Assembly (NCBI GenBank): GCA_946183715.1
Contig: CAMHDB010000001.1
Coordinates: 1-40,640 of the forward strand
Direction of reading: 5' to 3'
From: an uncultured Oscillibacter sp.
GTDB lineage: Bacteria > Bacillota > Clostridia > Oscillospirales > Oscillospiraceae
Length of the DNA: 40,640 nt
The position numbers and the translations under genes were made by a program. The notes under the pieces were generated by a model. The model saw only the letters and a program-made list of their open reading frames with translations. It searched no databases and was not told the DNA's origin. Positions 35,871 to 40,640 of the stretch are shown piece by piece. Every line of letters starts with the position of its first letter. Position 1 is the first letter of the stretch.

Positions 35871-37385
35871 ATGAGAATCAAGCGTTTCTGTTCGTTACTG
35901 ATGGCGGCGGTGATGGGGCTTACGATGATGGGCTGTGGGGCTACGCCGGGGGCGTCGGACAACGCGCTGTCCGGACTGAAAGCGAGTGTCGACCCGGGCG
36001 ACGTGCCCGAACTCGACCCCGACGAGGAACCCGAGGCCCATTGGGCGAGGCCCGCGCCGCCCGCGGACGACGAGGAACCCGAGGCCCACGCCGCCGCTTC
36101 CTATGCCCCGGCGGTGATTGCCGGGGAAATCGCCCGGGCGACGTACCCGGAGACAGTGCCCTACCCGCTGGAATCGGACTATACCGAGGAAAACGGCAGA
36201 CTTAAGGAGGCGTATTTCGACGCCTACGAAGCGTGGAGGGACGCCGACAGAAGCCGTCCGCAGTTGACCGCCGGGGAAGTCCGGCCCCTCTACCCGTTCT
36301 TCAAGAACGGCGTCAGGCAATTCCTGAACGGCACGGAAAACCGCGTCTGCTCGCCTCTCAATATCTATATGGCGCTTGCAATGCTGTCCGGACTGACTGC
36401 CGGGGAAAGTCAGAAGCAGATTCTTGACTTGCTCTCCGCCGAAACCCCGGAGGCCCTCTCCGCGCAGGCGAACCGAATCTGGAACGCCCTGTACACGGAC
36501 GACGGGGTTTCGAGTACGCTGTTGGGTAGCTCGCTCTGGCTCAGTGAAGGACTCCGCTTCAACGCCGACACGCTGAAAGAAATCGCGCGGAACTTCTACG
36601 CGTCCTCCTACTCCGGGCGCATGGGCTCGCCGGCGTTCGACGCCGCCTTGCAGGCGTGGCTCAACGAGCAGACGCGCGGACTGCTCTCCGAACAGGCCGG
36701 AGGCGTGGCAATGGCGCCGGAGACCGTCCTTGCACTCGCGACGACGATTTACTTTAAGGCCAACTGGGACGACGAGTTTTCGGACTACGCGACGAAAACC
36801 GGGACGTTCCACGCCGTGGGCGGCGACCGCGACGCGCCCTTTATGCACCAGACGTTCCGGGGCGCGGTCTACGACGGCGACGGCTTCACCGCCGTCTACA
36901 AGGAACTCCGCGACAGCGGAATGTGGCTTATCCTCCCGGACGAGGGCGCGACGCCCGCCGGACTTCTCGACAGCGGCGCGGCCATGGATTTCCTGTCCGA
37001 CCCGGAGAAGTACGCGACGAGCGCCGCCGCCGACGTTGCTTTGTCGCTGCCGAAATTCGACGTTACGTCCGATATTGACCTTATCGGCGGACTGCAGGCG
37101 CTGGGCATTACGGACGTATTCGACGCGAATGTGTCGGACTTCTCTCCCATGACCGCCGAGCGTAACGATATCGCAATCGGGCAGGCCAAGCACGCCGCGC
37201 GCGTCAAGATTGACGAGGAAGGCTGTGAGGCCGCCGCGTTCACGGTCATGATGGCTATGGCGACCGGAATGCCGGAGCCGCTCCCGCTTGTGGAGTTCAC
37301 GTTAGACCGCCCGTTTGTATTCGCCGTGACCGCTTCCGGACTGCCGCTGTTCGTCGGCGCGGTACAGACGCCCGTCAGCGCGTAA
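35871..37385 (+). CDS. Serpin family lipoprotein
   Basis: Lipobox-like MMGC, SPLNIYMAL, IYFKANW, LPKF, hinge DEEGCEAAA, LDRPFVF. Confidence 0.92.
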   Translation: MRIKRFCSLLMAAVMGLTMMGCGATPGASDNALSGLKASVDPGDVPELDPDEEPEAHWARPAPPADDEEPEAHAAASYAPAVIAGEIARATYPETVPYPLESDYTEENGRLKEAYFDAYEAWRDADRSRPQLTAGEVRPLYPFFKNGVRQFLNGTENRVCSPLNIYMALAMLSGLTAGESQKQILDLLSAETPEALSAQANRIWNALYTDDGVSSTLLGSSLWLSEGLRFNADTLKEIARNFYASSYSGRMGSPAFDAALQAWLNEQTRGLLSEQAGGVAMAPETVLALATTIYFKANWDDEFSDYATKTGTFHAVGGDRDAPFMHQTFRGAVYDGDGFTAVYKELRDSGMWLILPDEGATPAGLLDSGAAMDFLSDPEKYATSAAADVALSLPKFDVTSDIDLIGGLQALGITDVFDANVSDFSPMTAERNDIAIGQAKHAARVKIDEEGCEAAAFTVMMAMATGMPEPLPLVEFTLDRPFVFAVTASGLPLFVGAVQTPVSA

Positions 37386-37389
37386 AATG

Positions 37390-37424
37390 AAAAAGCCTCT
37401 CCCGCTATGCGGGGGAGACTTTTT
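37390..37424. terminator. Bidirectional intrinsic terminator
   Basis: aaaaagcctctcccgc-tat-gcgggggagacttttt between convergent genes. Confidence 0.75.
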
Positions 37425-37986
37425 ATGTCAGGGGCACGATTTGCGCGTCGAGGGCTACGGCGTCGTGCGTGGCGAGGAGTACGACGCGCCCCGCGCCGAG
37501 GCGCCGCAGGGCGTCCAGACAGCGTCCGCGCGCGTCGGCGTCGACGCCCGTAAACGGTTCGTCGAGGATGAGTACGTCCGACGGCGTAAGCAGTGCCCGC
37601 GCCAGCGCCAGACGCCGCCGCATACCGCCGGAGTAGTCGCGGACGGGCATGGCCCCGGCGTCGGCGAGGCCGAGTTCGTCCAGCAGGGCCGCCGCCGCCG
37701 CTTCGTCGTAGGCCCCGCCGAGTACGAACCGCAGATTACAGCGGGCGTCGCGGCTTAGTAGAAGCCTGTCCTCCTGAAAGACCACCGACCACCGACAGCG
37801 TTCCGGGAGTACGACGCGCCCGGCGTCCGGGGATTCCAGCCCCAGCAGGATTCGGAACAGCGTCGTTTTGCCGCCGCCCGACGGCGCGGAAAGACACGTC
37901 ACCTGTCCGCGCGCGGCCCGGAAAGACACGTCACGCAGTACGGCGCGCCCCCGGTACGACTTCCGCAGGTGTTCCACGCTGACCAT
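37423..37986 (-). CDS. NitT/TauT-family ABC ATP-binding protein
   Basis: APSGGGKTT, VFQEDRL, YSGGMRRR, LDEPF, THD. Start at 37986 after GGAGG. Confidence 0.88.
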   Translation of the reverse strand: MVSVEHLRKSYRGRAVLRDVSFRAARGQVTCLSAPSGGGKTTLFRILLGLESPDAGRVVLPERCRWSVVFQEDRLLLSRDARCNLRFVLGGAYDEAAAAALLDELGLADAGAMPVRDYSGGMRRRLALARALLTPSDVLILDEPFTGVDADARGRCLDALRRLGAGRVVLLATHDAVALDAQIVPLT

Positions 37987-38005
37987 AGTTTGCCCCTCCC
38001 GTGTA

Positions 38006-38737
38006 TCACGCGCCGACGTTCCTTGCAAGCCAGTCGAGTACGCCCAGCGCCGCACGCTCAAAGCATACCGACAGTAAGATAACAACCACTGTCCACGCGA
38101 ACAGGTCCGCCGTCAAAAAGTAGACTTTCGCGTTGTAGAGGCGTTCGCCGAGGGTGCCGCGCGGCAGGCCGATGACTTCGGCGGCAATCCCGGCCTTCCA
38201 GCACAGCCCCAGCGACAACGCGACGGCAGTACGGAACGAGGGAAGCGCCGCCGGAAGGTAAATCGCCGCGACCTGTCGCCGGAGCGGGACGCCGTACACG
38301 CGCGCGAGTTCGAGTAACTGCGCGTCGGCGCGCCCGATTCCCTCCAGCGTGCCCAGATAGACGGGCGGGAGCGTCATCAGGAACGCGATGAACGTCGAGA
38401 GGGCGCGCGACGGGAGCCAGACGAGCGCGAGAATCACGAACGACGCGACGGGAATCGCCTTGACCGTCGCGACAGCCGGGTACAGGAGCGCGCGTACAGG
38501 CGGGCTAGCGTGGGCCGGGACGGCGAGGAGTACGCCGGACGCCGCGCCGAGCGTAAAGCCGCGGAGTACGCGCCACGACGAGCGCGCCACGGATTCCCAG
38601 AAGGCCGCCGTCCGTACCAGCGCACACAGCCGCGCGGCCACCGACACTGGGGAAGGCAGTAACAGCGGCTGACCGAAAAGCAGGCTGACCCCTTCCCAGA
38701 GGGCCAGCCAGAAAAGCGCGGTCACAATTCGTTTCAC
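38006..38737 (-). CDS. NitT/TauT-family ABC permease
   Basis: LLPSP, IPVASF, WKAGIAAEVIG motifs. Confidence 0.88.
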   Translation of the reverse strand: MKRIVTALFWLALWEGVSLLFGQPLLLPSPVSVAARLCALVRTAAFWESVARSSWRVLRGFTLGAASGVLLAVPAHASPPVRALLYPAVATVKAIPVASFVILALVWLPSRALSTFIAFLMTLPPVYLGTLEGIGRADAQLLELARVYGVPLRRQVAAIYLPAALPSFRTAVALSLGLCWKAGIAAEVIGLPRGTLGERLYNAKVYFLTADLFAWTVVVILLSVCFERAALGVLDWLARNVGA

Positions 38738-39840
38738 GCGCCGTAGTAGAAATCGGATTCCGGGAGCGCGCCGCCGACGGATTCGGGCGCGGCGTCGTAG
38801 AGCACCGACAGGTAGCCGGGGAGTATCGCGGCGAGTTCGGGGCCGCGCACGCAGACAATATTACAGTACGGCAGGGCCTTCTCGGCGACGGGGGCCGGGA
38901 CGATATCCGCCGCGCCGATGAGCGCCGCCGCGTCGGCAGGATTCGCGTTGACCCACGCCACGGAATCGGCGTAGGCGTCGAGGAATTGCGCCACGGCGGC
39001 GGGGTGTTCGTCGACGAACGCACGACGCGCCGCCGCAACGCCTGTAATGAGCGTCGAACCGTTGCCGAGGGCGTCCCATTCGCGGGTCAGGTCGAGCGCG
39101 ACGCGCAAATCTTCCAACTGGTTTTGCGCGACGGTCACGAACGGCTGAGGCAACAGCGCTACCGTCGCGTTGCCCGTCGCGAGGGCGGTCACGCATTCGC
39201 TGTGTTCGCTCTTCCAGTCGATGGTCACGTCGATATCGGGTTCTAACCCGTTCTGCCGCAGGAGGTAATAGAGCGCGTATTCGGGCGTGGAGCCTTTGCC
39301 CGACGCCGCAATCGTCATGCCGCGCAAGTCCTCCATAGACTGTATCGCGTTGCCGTTCTCTACGATATAGAGCACGCCCAGCGTATTGACGGCCAGCGTG
39401 ACGATTTCGCCGCCCGTGCGGTTGTAGAGTACCGCCGCGAGATTCGCCGGGATACACGCAATGTCCAATTCGCCTTGAATGAGGCGCGGCGCGACTTCGT
39501 CCGGCGACGCCGCAAGCGTAAATTCACAGCCGTCGTCGGTCTCCGACATCAGCTTGACAAGTCCCATTGCGGTGGGGCCTTTGAGCGCCGCGACGCGTAC
39601 AGTCACCGGGTCGGCGTCCAGTAATTGCGCTTCTCCGTCGTCGGGCGCGGCGTCGCTGGTCTCGACGGGTTCGGCGTCACTTCCGGCGGGTTTGGCGGTG
39701 TCCTCGACGCCGCTTTCCGGCGCGGACTTCTCCGGCGTCTCGACGGGCGCTCCGCCGCAACCGCTCAGGAATACCAACAGTAACGCCGCCAGAAACAAGG
39801 CCGCGTTCCGCTCAATCATCTGCATGTCCAGAAATTTCAT
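38734..39840 (-). CDS. NitT/TauT-family ABC substrate-binding lipoprotein
   Basis: Lipobox LSGC, ALKGPTAMG, GKGSTPEY, LPQPF. Confidence 0.88.
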   Translation of the reverse strand: MKFLDMQMIERNAALFLAALLLVFLSGCGGAPVETPEKSAPESGVEDTAKPAGSDAEPVETSDAAPDDGEAQLLDADPVTVRVAALKGPTAMGLVKLMSETDDGCEFTLAASPDEVAPRLIQGELDIACIPANLAAVLYNRTGGEIVTLAVNTLGVLYIVENGNAIQSMEDLRGMTIAASGKGSTPEYALYYLLRQNGLEPDIDVTIDWKSEHSECVTALATGNATVALLPQPFVTVAQNQLEDLRVALDLTREWDALGNGSTLITGVAAARRAFVDEHPAAVAQFLDAYADSVAWVNANPADAAALIGAADIVPAPVAEKALPYCNIVCVRGPELAAILPGYLSVLYDAAPESVGGALPESDFYYGA

Positions 39841-39867
39841 GCTTGTATCTGACCTTTCCGCAAGTCG

Positions 39868-39897
39868 GCGGGAAAAGGACGACAGCCCTTTTCCCGC
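39868..39897 (-). terminator. Hairpin downstream of pnp
   Basis: gcgggaaaagg...ccttttcccgc inverted repeat. Confidence 0.45.
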
Positions 39898-39944
39898 GTT
39901 CCTGTTATTTCATCCGGGGCCGCCGCGCCGGGGAATTGTGCCGC

Positions 39945-40640
39945 TTACTTCATGCGGGGGCCGCCGCGCTTCTCACGGTTCTGGATTTCGCGCATGGCGT
40001 CCCGGTGCGACAGGTTCACGCGCCCCTTTTCGTCGATGTCCATGACCTTGACCCACATCATGTCCCCGATTCGGCAGGCGTCCTCCACGCGGTCAATGCG
40101 GTGGTCGGCGAGGCGCGAGATATGCACCAGTCCGTCCTTGCCGGGGGCCAGTTCCACGAACGCGCCGAAAGCCATAATCCGCACGACGCGCCCGTAGTAA
40201 AGCTGTCCGACTTCCGGGACAAACACGATGTCGTCGATATACTTCTTGGCGGCGTCGCACCCGGCGGCCTCGGGACAGGCAATGAAAATCGTGCCGTCGT
40301 CGTTGATGTCGATTTTCGCCCCGGTGTCGGCGATAATCTTCTGAATGACGCTCCCGCCCTTGCCGATAACGTCCCGGATTTTGTCGGGGTCGATGTGCAT
40401 GGTAATCATTTTCGGGGCGTAGCGCGAGACCTCTTTACGCGGCGCGCCGATAGCCGGGAGCATAATTTGGTCGAGAATCTCACAGCGGGCGTCGTAGGTG
40501 ATATCGAGCGCGTTTTGAATGATTTCCATGGACAGCCCGTCGTTTTTCAAGTCCATCTGAATGGCGGTAATGCCCTTCTTGGTTCCGGCTACTTTGAAGT
40601 CCATTTCGCCGTGGAAGTCCTCCACGCCCTGAATGTCGAT
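39945..40640 (-). CDS. pnp: Polynucleotide phosphorylase, C-terminal part (5' end outside window)
   Basis: EDFHGEMDFKVAGT, ITAIQMD, KH (IGKGG) and S1 (FGAFVE...GLVHIS) domains. The frame stays open to the window edge. Confidence 0.96.
   Translation of the reverse strand: MDIQGVEDFHGEMDFKVAGTKKGITAIQMDLKNDGLSMEIIQNALDITYDARCEILDQIMLPAIGAPRKEVSRYAPKMITMHIDPDKIRDVIGKGGSVIQKIIADTGAKIDINDDGTIFIACPEAAGCDAAKKYIDDIVFVPEVGQLYYGRVVRIMAFGAFVELAPGKDGLVHISRLADHRIDRVEDACRIGDMMWVKVMDIDEKGRVNLSHRDAMREIQNREKRGGPRMK

Noticed and set aside
1-40640. CRISPR array, tRNA/rRNA, riboswitch or IS element
   Set aside because: Intergenic regions are short, with no regularly spaced repeats, cloverleaf, T-box or transposase motifs recognised by eye. 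A covariance-model scan would be needed to exclude small RNAs.

Overview
GC-rich bacterial chromosomal segment. SLH proteins, a NiaR-like regulator, TrkAH and sigma-A-like promoters point to a Firmicute, most likely Clostridia/Oscillospiraceae-like (inference). The main feature is a minus-strand operon of more than 14 kb (about 14274 to beyond position 1) behind one near-consensus promoter. Its genes are: GT2 glycosyltransferase, GtrA flippase, GT-C membrane glycosyltransferase, membrane-anchored extracellular vWA protein, large tubulin/FtsZ-like (Tubulin_2) protein, a possibly degenerate second tubulin-like protein, a 226-aa beta-rich protein, a Zn-finger TRAFAC GTPase, and a GAP1-N2-like protein. 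The last gene is absent from the ORF track and truncated by the window edge. This resembles the computationally predicted, to my knowledge experimentally uncharacterised, GTPase/GAP1 'ternary' conflict or signalling systems, here joined to a three-gene surface-glycosylation module and divergent from a cytoplasmic BspA-type LRR gene. The rest is housekeeping and transport (Cof hydrolase, gluQ, trkAH, livKHMGF, niaR, NitT/TauT ABC, pnp), a cluster of SLH/beta-propeller surface proteins, an orphan CHAP-SH3 lysin, a NERD protein and a lipoprotein serpin. No RNA genes, CRISPR array, IS element or prophage were recognised. GATC and CCWGG appear strongly avoided. All family calls come from motifs read by eye, not from database searches.
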